Below are positions 31,670-41,606 of a DNA stretch of 64,000 bases, one piece after another. The stretch is from a virus. Its lineage: Duplodnaviria > Heunggongvirae > Uroviricota > Caudoviricetes. Below the pieces are notes generated by a model. It was not told the DNA's origin. It did no database searches and saw only the letters and a list, made by a program, of their open reading frames with translations. A program made the translations under genes and the position numbers. The first letter of the stretch is position 1. The number at the start of each line of letters is the position of its first letter. The DNA is taken from IMG/VR virus record IMGVR_UViG_3300019378_000003; one strand, written 5' to 3'.

Positions 31670-32776
31670 TCATAATAATATTCTATTTTTATACATTTCT
31701 ACAAACATTTCTGCTCCACAATCAATAGGTGAAGCTTTATATGGTAACTTATCTTCTTTGTCAAATATAAAAGAAATTGTTGCCATAGATGAATACTTCT
31801 TATGAATATTTTTCAAATTTCTTACTAAGTGTTGAAATTCGGTGTCTCCCGATTGCTGAAACTGCTTATCAAAAGCAATGATGATTTCTTCTGTTCCAGC
31901 ATTTAAGAGAAGAGCCATCTGTACGGAAGATATAGAAGAGCCGCAACAGGCAACTGATATGTCTGAATCAGCACCGAAGTAAGATTGATACAATAAACAA
32001 GATTTTTCACCTTCAAATATCACTGCCTTTTTAATTCGTTCAATGTTCCTTTTACTATTATTAAAATTATATAAATTCAAACCAAGAGGATGATTATACA
32101 TAAGTTTTCCGATAGTTATAGGCCGATATTTTCCATATAATTCTGCTTCTTCATCGCCTAAAGCCCTACCGCGCAATCCTATAAAACGTCCTTCGGCATC
32201 AAAATGAGGAATTGTAATTTGTTCTCCTGTTGGATAATAACCAATTAAATTCCTTGTAAGAACTTCTCTGCTAATTCCCTCTTGTTCCCATTCTTCAATA
32301 ATGGGATATGAAAGATTTTTTAAAATAGATGGGTCAAATTCTTTTAAGATTGTAAATTTGGTTTCTCCTGCGAGATTTTCCAACTTCTCATATTTCTGAA
32401 AAATATCCCATCCAATTGCTTTTGGAGTATCATCATCAGATACGACAGAAGGGCCCCAGCCATATTTCGCTGCGACCCATCTAACAGAATCATAAAGACC
32501 CCAGCCACTATCAGGTTGTGCGAGCACTTTGATTTTCATCAGTAATTCAAAAATATCAAAATACTCGTCACAACCAGTATAACATTTAAACAGTTTTGTA
32601 TTATCGTAATAATACAATTTATGAGAGCCTTCTCCAGGTGGATTATGACAAATAGTAGCAGAAATAAAACCGAATGAAGTCATATGAGGATCTCCACCAA
32701 ATTCTTGCACTATCTCAAAAACCATTTCAAGAGTAAGTCGCTCTTTGATTTCATCCTTGTCATATTTCTGCGTCAT
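31670..32776 (-). CDS. dnaG: DnaG-type DNA primase (CHC2 zinc finger plus TOPRIM)
   Basis: Contains 'CHNPPGEGSHKLYYYDNTKLFKCYTGC', followed by TOPRIM-like 'VIFEGEKSCLL...DSDISVACCGSS...IIIAFDKQ'. Confidence 0.7.
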   Translation of the reverse strand: MTQKYDKDEIKERLTLEMVFEIVQEFGGDPHMTSFGFISATICHNPPGEGSHKLYYYDNTKLFKCYTGCDEYFDIFELLMKIKVLAQPDSGWGLYDSVRWVAAKYGWGPSVVSDDDTPKAIGWDIFQKYEKLENLAGETKFTILKEFDPSILKNLSYPIIEEWEQEGISREVLTRNLIGYYPTGEQITIPHFDAEGRFIGLRGRALGDEEAELYGKYRPITIGKLMYNHPLGLNLYNFNNSKRNIERIKKAVIFEGEKSCLLYQSYFGADSDISVACCGSSISSVQMALLLNAGTEEIIIAFDKQFQQSGDTEFQHLVRNLKNIHKKYSSMATISFIFDKEDKLPYKASPIDCGAEMFVEMYKNRILL

Positions 32777-32777
32777 A

Positions 32778-32978
32778 TTAATGCTCCTCTACGATAAGGG
32801 AAGTTACATATCCAAGTAGTCCATAGCAATCATTGATGTAGTTCATAACAAACTCATAAGGATTGCTCTTCTTGTCGCCACGCTTGGCGGCGATTTCATT
32901 GAAAGCGGTACGAGTCATAGTATATTCAAGAGTCTGTCCGTCAATACGCTTATTCTTAGGAACATAAGTATACTTCAT
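32778..32978 (-). CDS. Small hypothetical protein
   Basis: A 66-aa track ORF packed between the primase and helicase genes. Confidence 0.3.
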   Translation of the reverse strand: MKYTYVPKNKRIDGQTLEYTMTRTAFNEIAAKRGDKKSNPYEFVMNYINDCYGLLGYVTSLIVEEH

Positions 32979-32989
32979 AATATTCTCCT

Positions 32990-34525
32990 TTAAAATGCAG
33001 ATTCTTCATGTACATTGATTTTTATATTTTCAATTGACTGTAATTCATATGTGAAGTCAGTCAAAAATACCGGTTGAATGCGGCAGGTTCCAAGGTCTGC
33101 TTTACACCACAGAATTACACTCTTATATCTGCCACGACGATTCTTATAAATTGAGAGTTTAATGTTTGGAGTTCCAAAATTTGGATTCCTACTAAGGACA
33201 TTCTCAAGAGAAGCTAAGTCAACTTCTCTTACAGGAAGTAAAATAGAACCATAGTCAATTTTATCGGCAATCGCTTTCGCGCCACGAAGTAGATTCTGGT
33301 CTGGCGTTTTTGAATCTTGATAATCGCCATTTAGCTGAGTTGCTGACATCATAAAGACATTGTATTTTACACAAATATCTTTTAATCGAGCAGACAGCAT
33401 AAACAGAATATTATCTTCACGGAGTGCGATTTTACCTGCCGTTTTACTAATTTCTTCCAAAATTTTCAAACTGGTATGGATATAATCATGGAAGATATAC
33501 TGAACTTCTTTTTCGCGAATACGCTTCTTGATTGTATTTTCTACATCTTGAAGGTTAAATTCTGGAAGAACTTCAATATAAAGCGGAGACTCTTTGATAA
33601 TTCTCGCAGCCTCGAACACTCTGGCTCTTTCATCGCCTTCATACTGACCATTTAAAATATGTTCTTCATTTACATTTGACAAGAAAGATAACATCATAGT
33701 CTGGATTTCATCTTTATCCTGCTCAGTTCCAATAAATAAAGTAGGTTGTTTGACGCCATTTTTAATCCATCCAAGATAATCATCATAAATACGATCGCAG
33801 GCAATATTACATGCGTCAGCAATCATACTTCTTGTCTTACCAACACCAGTCGGAGCGGAACGAAGATAAAATTTACCCAATCTTGCTCCTCTTGTAATTG
33901 TATTGATATAATTACCATAAAGTGGAACGCCAACATCAGGAGTTTCTTCAAAACGACGAATCAATTCTTCAATACCATCGCCAGCATCATAAGATTGACC
34001 ATTATCATTCTGCTCGGCATAGGTCTGACGAATAGAATCAATTCTTTCATCAACCTTATCGGCAATTTCTTGAAGAGTGCTATTATTTAACCATTCCTCT
34101 TGGATCTCTTTCTTTTTGTTGTCAAAGATATTATCAGGATCATAGATAAAAGATACATCAATACCAAAGTTATCATACATACGAAGCAGAGTCATTTTCT
34201 TTACTCTGTCATAGTAATAATTGAAAGTTCCATTAGTGACCATCTGTGATGCTTTTAAAAGAAATTCATTTCCTCTATTAGCTTCATAAACTGCTTTTTG
34301 TTTCGGCCGAGTTTCTAAAAAGTCATTTATAACTTCCAAGGATACATGAGAAACTCCGGATTCATGAAGATGATACATTGTACCATACACAATTTTATGA
34401 AATTCTTCCTGAAAATCTTCTTCCTAAATCGGGAAAGTGTCATCGGCATCCAGCAGGCTTAAATTATTATATACTCCACCAATAACTTGCAGAATTGCTG
34501 TTGTATCAATATATTTAGACGCCAC
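32990..34525 (-). CDS. dnaB: DnaB-family replicative helicase (one TAG in N-terminal domain)
   Basis: The RecA-fold domain carries 'YLRSAPTGVGKTRSMIADACNIA', 'LFIGTEQD' and 'MSATQLNGD'. The N-terminal domain is recovered upstream through a TAG back to GTG at about 34525, after RBS GGAGGA. Confidence 0.7.
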
Positions 34526-35047
34526 TATCAGTTTCCTCCTGTTCCAAGAATGCGAACAATTTCTTTCGTTTATCGACTCGCTTTGGCGGAGGAATCGTAA
34601 TCACTCGCTCTTGCGGGACATATTGTTCAATCGGCTTTGCTTCATTTGTTTGCTTCGCCATCCATATATGATAATAATAATTGTAAGCATCTTGATATAC
34701 GTATGGAACAATACCAATACCACCATTAGCTTTTTCAGTACTGTTCTGTTTTACTTCATAGAAATATACTAATGCTTTATGAATACCGCTATATGAATAG
34801 CCTTTTTCATCATGAAAAGTATTGATTTGTTTTCTTACTCTTGCGTCAATATAATCTAATCCTAAAAGATTGATGATATATTCTTCAAGAACTTCTAAGT
34901 CTTTTTGTGATTGTGTTTTCTCTGCCTGAGCTCGCTCATGACATTCTGTATGAGCCCAACGACGAGAATTGACCTAACAACATTCTTTTAGTTTATCTCT
35001 ATCAAATGTAATGCCACAATAATAACACTTGACCTTGTGTGCCATGT
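34515..35047 (-). CDS. Zinc-finger protein (possible helicase-loader/accessory), 1 TAG
   Basis: The N-terminus reads 'MAHKVKCYYCGITFDRDKLKECC(Q)VNSRRWAHTECHE'. Its stop overlaps the dnaB start. Confidence 0.35.
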
Positions 35048-35059
35048 CAATCTCCTCTC

Positions 35060-35105
35060 TATATTTACTTCTATATATATTATATCATAAATTTTCAAAA
35101 AAATC
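35060..35105 (-). promoter_or_regulatory. Promoter TTGATT-N17-TGaTATAAT-ATATATAG
   Basis: Family member, fused to the terminator at 35107..35132. Confidence 0.55.
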
Positions 35106-35106
35106 A

Positions 35107-35132
35107 AGCCCCGGATTCTTCATCCGGGGCCT
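35107..35132 (-). terminator. Terminator hairpin (GCCCCGGAT...ATCCGGGGC) whose U-tract contains the -35 of the next promoter
   Basis: The minus strand reads GCCCCGGATgaagaATCCGGGGC, followed by TTGATTTTTTTGAAAATTTATGATATAAT. Confidence 0.55.
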
Positions 35133-35139
35133 AAAATTT

Positions 35140-36123
35140 TTATACCAACTTGCGCAATTCGCGGAGAATCAAATCAATTTCCGGAGCATCATATTCGGTG
35201 CATTCATTTACCTTGCGGCCTTCACCAAGATACTCATTTACGATAGCAGTAATCTTATTACGATTATTTTGGTCAGCCTCCATAAGAGTACCAACTACAT
35301 CACCAAACTCAGCCATTAGAGCGTCAAAATCATAGAATTTTTCTTCAATAGGCTGATAAAGATTACTCTTCGCAGCGGTGATATACTGATTACCAGTTTC
35401 AGCGGCTTCCTTATCAATAGCATCATTGATAGCCTTTACAAGATTGTCATATGACAAATCAATTTCATCTACCATATACTTGAAACGAGAACCTGCTACA
35501 TAGCGGGGAGTCTCACGTAGATACATCTTGGTGGAAACCTTGCCATTTTCGTCTCGAACAGGACGGGTCAAACCAATAATATCGCAAGCACGCTCGCAAA
35601 CTAAAGCGGCACGCTTATCAAGAGTAGGCATCATCTTGATATATTCGACATTATTTTCATCCGTTTCTGTGCGGTCCTGGCTATGAGAAATTAGAACGAG
35701 GCCGTAATCCATTTGAAGGATACTACGGATGGCCTTATCAAATTCCTTCTGGGCTTTATTGTAGCCCTGGCCATATTTGATGTCACCGATACTATCTTTA
35801 CCCTCTTGACGAGCAATGTAATCGCAACAATATTCATATGCGATATCGGCGGTATCAATTACGATAGTGCGATAAGCTTCTTTAACATCATCATCTTTCA
35901 AATCAACGAGGAAGCTACGGAAGTCACGCCAACTATTGATGGGCTATGCCATAATGCCGGGGATAGTATTATAGCCCTTTTCAAAGGCGAAAACTAGAGC
36001 CTTTGGGAACTTACTTGCGAGAGTAGTTTTACCACTCTTGGGAGTTCCATAAAGAAGAACGGAATATCCGCTGAGGTCGCGAGAGACCTCATGCGGTTTA
36101 ATAGAAAGAAGAGAACTTGCCAT
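35140..36123 (-). CDS. AAA_24 / Sak4-like RecA-fold ATPase (1 TAG)
   Basis: ATG at about 36123 gives 'LLYGTPKSGKTTLA' (Walker A), and the frame continues through a TAG into track ORF 35140..35901 ('VLISHSQD'). Confidence 0.5.
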
Positions 36124-36140
36124 AATTCAATGCCCTCCTA

Positions 36141-37073
36141 TTAGAAGTTGTAACCAGTCTTAGCAGTGGAAGCAATGGGAGCAGACTTCTTGGAATTCTG
36201 ATAATCTTCCTGACGCTGCTTGACAGTTGCGAGATAAACCTCACGATTTGCCATTGCTTCATTGAACTCGGTTGCCAGGATGCCATCTTCGTCATCCCAC
36301 AGATAAGGCTCACGAGCAGTACCAGTTACTACGAAATCCTTTACGGAAGAAGGAACACGACGGACTTTCTTATCACCAAAGGCAGATTCTTCAATTACTT
36401 CACGATAAGTAGTCTGAGAAATCTGAGTACCCCAAACCTTAGTGAATACAGGCTTACGCTCACTAACTTCCAGATTTGCGAAATACTTCATACCATTGGG
36501 GTTAATTACAGAGAACTCAACAGGCATAATAGCATTACGGAAATCGAAAATATAACCCTTCAGGATAAGCTTTGCGGGCAGATTACGCTCAGGATTCTCT
36601 TCCACATCGCGAGTGCCAGTAATCAACATATCAGCGGTGAAAGTAGAACGTTCCTTTTCATCTTCAGCCAATTCATCAGTTACGATATGAATGAAGCCAC
36701 CCTCATTGCGCTTTGCGCTAACAAGTTCGCTTTCACCATTACGGTCACTAAAGAACTCATTCAAACCAATTGCGGAATCAACACGAAGCTTAATAGCATT
36801 ATCAGCGCCATCCTTAGTTACACAAGGAGCACCTTCAATAATACGATTAAGAACGTTATAAGTGTTATTTGCGCCACCCTTAGAAGTGGTAGCAGTTACA
36901 TAAGTGAAATGAACCTAAACGGTATTCATACGAGCATCATCAGTTGCGATAGTGACAGTACCAGAGATAAATTCAGTGCCAGGATTCTTAGAATTTTCAC
37001 CAGATACTTTCTTCTCTAGCTTGTGCTCGTAGAGCAGACCCTCAATATGAGTGGTGTTAATCATCTTTTTCAT
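36141..37073 (-). CDS. Hypothetical protein, possible phage ssDNA-binding/annealing partner of the Sak4-like ATPase
   Basis: ATG at about 37073 continues through a TAG into track ORF 36141..36764. The protein ends in an aromatic Phe. The functional guess rests only on synteny. Confidence 0.3.
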
Positions 37074-37076
37074 AAA

Positions 37077-37439
37077 TCAATTTTCTCCTTCAAACTTTAC
37101 ATTCAAACCTTTTTCTGTAATTGTATAAACGACAGGGTCCTTACCGATTTTTTCAACATAGCCATCGGTTACAAGTTTTCGCATTGCTCCAGATACAGAC
37201 TTCGAAGCGATGAACATACCTTCAGCAATATCCCTTGCTTTATACATACCTACGGGAACTTCCTGCAGATACTGAAGAATGGCCTTACCATTGTCAGTAA
37301 ATTCAGGTTTTTCAGTGGTAGCAGAAGAATTCTTTAAAGCCTCAAAATATGCTTTCGCACCTTCTGATGCTTCGAGAGGTTCTACCTGACCTCTAATAAG
37401 ACCTTCTACCCATTCGATAAACTCTTGCTGTTTGGACAT
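37077..37439 (-). CDS. Hypothetical small protein (possible winged-helix DNA-binding)
   Basis: An intact 120-aa ORF directly downstream of a consensus promoter. Confidence 0.3.
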   Translation of the reverse strand: MSKQQEFIEWVEGLIRGQVEPLEASEGAKAYFEALKNSSATTEKPEFTDNGKAILQYLQEVPVGMYKARDIAEGMFIASKSVSGAMRKLVTDGYVEKIGKDPVVYTITEKGLNVKFEGEN

Positions 37440-37476
37440 AACACTTATTCCCTAACCTTTCTTAATCTTACATATA

Positions 37477-37510
37477 TATTATATCATAAATTTTTCAAAA
37501 AGTCAACTCT
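37477..37510 (-). promoter_or_regulatory. Promoter TTGACT-N17-TATAAT-ATATATGTAAG
   Basis: Family member. Confidence 0.55.
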
Positions 37511-38372
37511 TAAGCTCTTGTACCCAATTGCCAGCAAGAAGTGCAGCTACATCATTCATTACATCAGTAGTGGAACGATATTCTCCATCTTCCTTTACGG
37601 CAATACCAAAGCTCTTGAGCATCTTTTCGATTTTTTCAAAATCAGTTTCTAATTCATCAATAAAGATAAAATCTTGTGCATAAGGAATTTCATCACGAAC
37701 CCATTGAATGAAATTTTCAAGAGTATCATCATCCTTACCAGACCACTCATTCAACTTATGAAAACGACGCTGTCCTTTAGAACATATAGCGAACAAATTT
37801 TCATAAGTCATTGTTACTGTGCGAGTCTGAAGCCAGCTTTCTGGAGCCCAACGAATAAGTTCCTTCCAATAAACCTTATTTCCTGTCTCATTGAACTTCT
37901 GGCGCAGGTATTCAAGATAAGGAATAATTACCATCTGAACTACGTCAGGGTCAATAGGATGCTTCAAATCATCACGCTGAGCTTCATATGGGAAAGGAAT
38001 ATTTACATAATCATCGGTTTCAAAAGAATCAATGGTAATCGGCACATTTTGGATAGTATGCATCGTAGATGTACTATTTGCTACTGTACCAACCTTATAA
38101 GTATCAAATTCCTTCCACCAATAAAGAGGAGCGGTAATATCCACAGATACGAAAATCTAACGCAAGAACTTACGATGTTCAGGACCACCCTTAATAAGAG
38201 ATTTCGCCAGCTTCATATCTTTTGGACCAATCCAATAAAAACCATGGTCAGGACCGTCATCATCATCCCAAGACATATTCCAACTATCAGACTATGCCCA
38301 ACTATTTTTAGGATTTCTCATACCGCGCAGGGCATGTTCAAAGCCCCACACTTGTGTATTTTCAAACTTCAT
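37503..38372 (-). CDS. Hypothetical protein (about 290 aa, 2 TAG)
   Basis: RBS GGAGGAAG plus ATG at about 38372. The N-terminus reads 'MKFENTQVWGFEHALRGMRNPKNSWA(Q)SDSW...'. Confidence 0.35.
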
Positions 38373-38506
38373 CGTCTTCCTCCCAAGTGGGTATTTCTTC
38401 TTTTAATCTTTTCAAATCTTCTATTGCTTCTTCAATAGAGGAACAATAGCTATAATGCCAAGGCATATCGCCATTAATTCCTATGCTTATTTCAATACAT
38501 AATTCA

Positions 38507-38818
38507 TCAATCTTCATTGCTTAACGTATATGCCACAAGTGGGCCATTCATACCAAGAGCGCACTGAGCAAACTGTTCAAGTTCATCAATAACCATCGCT
38601 TTTCGGCGACTATCACGCACATGCCGAGAATCAGGATGGCGCATATGGTCAATAGCATCTTCATAGCTCATGAATTCAATGCCAACGATTCCATATGCTT
38701 TTGCTTTATTTTCCATGGCACGAGGATTACTACAAACAAAAGTCGCATTATTTTCCTTCGCTACCAGCATGAGGCTGCCGGTCTTACCCACACCACGACC
38801 GTCAATAATTCTAATCAT
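38507..38818 (-). CDS. Small P-loop protein
   Basis: Contains 'IIDGRGVGKTGSL', a Walker-A-like motif. RBS GAGGAAA. Confidence 0.3.
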   Translation of the reverse strand: MIRIIDGRGVGKTGSLMLVAKENNATFVCSNPRAMENKAKAYGIVGIEFMSYEDAIDHMRHPDSRHVRDSRRKAMVIDELEQFAQCALGMNGPLVAYTLSNED

Positions 38819-38827
38819 ATGATTTCC

Positions 38828-39784
38828 TCATTTCATACTATAACCAAATTCTTTTGCTTTATAAAAATCTTGCCAGTAATCTTCTCTTTCATTTAGTTTA
38901 GCACGAGGACAAACTTCTACAATTTCAAAAGTAAAATTCTCTGGCCCGAATTCTTTCATTGCCGGATAGAGTTTATTGTTAATAGGTGCTTCAGCACCAA
39001 TTCCTCTTTTGATGTGCTGTTTCCAGCGGTCAGCAATATTTACAGCCTAACCAATATAAGTCATTTCATTTTCAATATTGGTGATTTTATAAATACCACA
39101 AGTTACTGAATTAGCCAGTCCTAATCTTCCAATTAAATCAGTGTAAGGACGTTCATAATATGATTTCCAAATAACTTTATTGATTGTTTCAGGATTACTC
39201 AAAAGATTTTCAACTGAACGCAAAGCCTAAATGTCATTCACGCTTGTACTGGGCAATTGTAATCTATAAAACTCTATTTTATTTTCTTCCTCCATCTTAT
39301 GCTTTGCTAATTCAACAGCAGAAGCAACAGATGAACGTAACTAATTAATTTGTTCTTGTAATTCAGCTTGTTCATCTAATTTTTTAGTATTTTCAGAAAC
39401 AAACTAATTTACAAAATCTAAGGCAGCCTGCTACATCTCGGCAACCTATTCATCACAATACTATTCATACCATTCTTTACGTTCTTTTACCATCTTAGCG
39501 CGAATAGTTTCTTCCGCTTTCTCGACACCAATAGTAATCTGATTTAACTGCTGAGTTTTAGCTTGAATAGCATCATCCAAGAAATGGGCTTGCGCATTAT
39601 ATTCACTAGTTTGGATATATGCGCTTTGTGCTCGCTCTTCTAATGATTTGGTTTCTGTCTCAATCCGTTTTAATTCTGCTAATGCCGCAGCATGTTTTTC
39701 CCTATAGGCTGTACTACGGAGTAGAAAGAATGCTCCAATACCGATAACAATACCAGCGATATTTGCAATGATAATTTCAATCAT
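38828..39784 (-). CDS. Membrane-anchored coiled-coil protein with C-terminal GIY-YIG nuclease-like domain (about 8 TAG)
   Basis: The N-terminal TM helix is 'IIIANIAGIVIGIGAFFLL' and is followed by a coiled-coil. After recoding, the C-terminus 'TCGIYKITNIENEMTYIG(Q)AVNIADRWKQHIKRG' matches GIY-YIG. Confidence 0.45.
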
Positions 39785-39834
39785 AATTCAAAAAATAGGG
39801 CTTGATTTATGTCAAGCCCTATTCAATTACTTAA

Positions 39835-40110
39835 TTAAGCCTCTTCTACAGCATTTACGTCCAGAGCGCGACCAGCTTCAGTCAGCTTCAGGAACTTAAC
39901 GGGCTTATGAGTACCGTCTTCAAGCTCGATTTCAGCTTCAACACGAGTGCCCAGACCCTTGCGAACGATAGCGGAGGTAAAGATGCCATCAACAGAACGC
40001 TTTTCAATGCCAAGTGCACTAGCAACATCAGCGGCGGTAACATTGTCGGCCTCAGTCAGACCCTGCAGATAAACGATAACCTTTTTAGTATTTTCCTTCA
40101 TAGCAGCCAT
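39835..40110 (-). CDS. Hypothetical protein, GC-rich (about 52%)
   Basis: An intact 91-aa ORF immediately downstream of a perfect TTGACT-N17-TATAAT promoter and a 5'UTR hairpin. Confidence 0.35.
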   Translation of the reverse strand: MAAMKENTKKVIVYLQGLTEADNVTAADVASALGIEKRSVDGIFTSAIVRKGLGTRVEAEIELEDGTHKPVKFLKLTEAGRALDVNAVEEA

Positions 40111-40202
40111 AATTCAATTTCTCCTTTGTGCGCTTTCTGCGCATTCTATATTTAATATTATTTATAATAATCTGAAGGGGTAAGCCATCAGTTATTAACT
40201 GT

Positions 40203-40245
40203 GATTATTATAGCAAAAATTTTTATAAAAGTCAAATATTTTTAT
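40203..40245 (-). promoter_or_regulatory. Promoter TTGACT-N17-TATAAT
   Basis: Perfect sigma70 consensus. The 5'UTR hairpin GCGCAGAAAGCGCAC lies downstream. Confidence 0.55.
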
Positions 40246-40429
40246 CTTCTAAAATTTTTGCCACCATTTCATCGCAAGCAACAATATCATCCAAAGTTAA
40301 ATCTGCCTGTTCAGTCAGTTTTACAATTTTATCTTTTGCTTTGCGAACTTCTTCTTCACTGCCAGTCTGAACTGCAATTTCACACTTGGCAATTTCCATA
40401 GCAAGTTTTTTCAACTGCTTTCTTGTCAT
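40232..40429 (-). CDS. Small hypothetical protein
   Basis: A 65-aa helical protein with its own consensus promoter. Confidence 0.3.
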   Translation of the reverse strand: MTRKQLKKLAMEIAKCEIAVQTGSEEEVRKAKDKIVKLTEQADLTLDDIVACDEMVAKILEDKNI

Positions 40430-40447
40430 AAGAATTTATTTCCTTCC

Positions 40448-40490
40448 CTTATCGACATGTATATTATAACAAAAATTTTTATAAAAGTCA
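40448..40490 (-). promoter_or_regulatory. Promoter TTGACT-N17-TATAAT
   Basis: Perfect consensus. Paralogous to 40203..40245. Confidence 0.55.
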
Positions 40491-41606
40491 AAAAATTTCT
40501 GAAAGTAAACAATCACAAGGATTTTTATCTTCATGGAAACCTTTGAAATAGAAATGACGAAGAGTTTTAGCTTCTCTATCTTTTTCCATTCCAGCAAGTT
40601 TTACTACTTTACCATAATATTTAGTTGGATCTTTGCCAGCACTTTCTTGCAGTTCGTGAGTCATGCCAGAAGATACTGTACCGATTTCTCGGAGTTCACC
40701 TTCATCATCATAAGCTCCAACTCGCATTGAAGTAACCCAACCATAATAATAGGCTTGAGTAACAGGCATATAAAGATGAGGCGCACCTTTATACTGCTCA
40801 TATTTACATTCTTCTTTTAAACGGAACCAGCTTTTACCATCAAAAGTAGTAATCCAATACGGCCAAGTTTCAATTTCTTTACCAGTATATTCTTTAGTTG
40901 GTTCACAAAAACCCATACATACAGCATCGCATGTATCTGTTTTCTTAATTTTAATTGTATCCCAAGCAGGACGCTTACCAGGAGTGTAAGGAGCAGTTTT
41001 CTTTTTTAAAACAGCACCTTCTTCGCCACGCTCAAGAGCATCAGCAACGAATTCTTGAATATTTTCATCTACTCTTTCGGCGAGCTCAATAAAAGATTCA
41101 CCATCATTCATTGTATATGCTGAAAGCAAATACCTATCATAAATTCGTTTCAAAATTTCATAACGAATAGAAGCACCTTCATTAGTTAAATCTCTACCTT
41201 TATAGTAAAGAATATCATGTAAATAATAATGAAGATAACCGTATTCTTTCTCTTGCCGTTCAATGGCCTTTTCGGGCAGACTTCCCATAATAGGAGTTAC
41301 ATCTTTACTTCTCTTGCCGGGATAATAAATTTCACCAACCAGAATGGTTCCAGGCGGAAGGATTTTGAGAGTGGACATAATGTGCGGAACATTTGCTCCT
41401 TTTTCTGCCAATACTCCCTGTACAGTTTTATTACGGCTAAAAAGGTAACAATAGTTTTCAGTTCTTTCAAACTGATACCAATAACCGTCTTTCTTTATTT
41501 GAGCAAAATAATCTCCGCTTTCACAGAGAGAAGGGAACATATGTTCCTTCCCATCTGGAATGCGATTGATTTTCATAGGTTCAATAACTAATGCTTCTGG
41601 ATACAT
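40488..41606 (-). CDS. ATP-dependent DNA ligase
   Basis: Contains 'AQIKKDGYWYQF' (motif I KxDG), 'LVGEIYY' (motif III) and 'EGAVLKKK' (motif IV). Confidence 0.7.
   Translation of the reverse strand: MYPEALVIEPMKINRIPDGKEHMFPSLCESGDYFAQIKKDGYWYQFERTENYCYLFSRNKTVQGVLAEKGANVPHIMSTLKILPPGTILVGEIYYPGKRSKDVTPIMGSLPEKAIERQEKEYGYLHYYLHDILYYKGRDLTNEGASIRYEILKRIYDRYLLSAYTMNDGESFIELAERVDENIQEFVADALERGEEGAVLKKKTAPYTPGKRPAWDTIKIKKTDTCDAVCMGFCEPTKEYTGKEIETWPYWITTFDGKSWFRLKEECKYEQYKGAPHLYMPVTQAYYYGWVTSMRVGAYDDEGELREIGTVSSGMTHELQESAGKDPTKYYGKVVKLAGMEKDREAKTLRHFYFKGFHEDKNPCDCLLSEIF

Noticed and set aside
37503-38372. Considered ThyX (flavin-dependent thymidylate synthase)
   Set aside because: The ThyX RHR / S-x-R-Y signature could not be found. 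Similarity was only compositional, so it is left as hypothetical.
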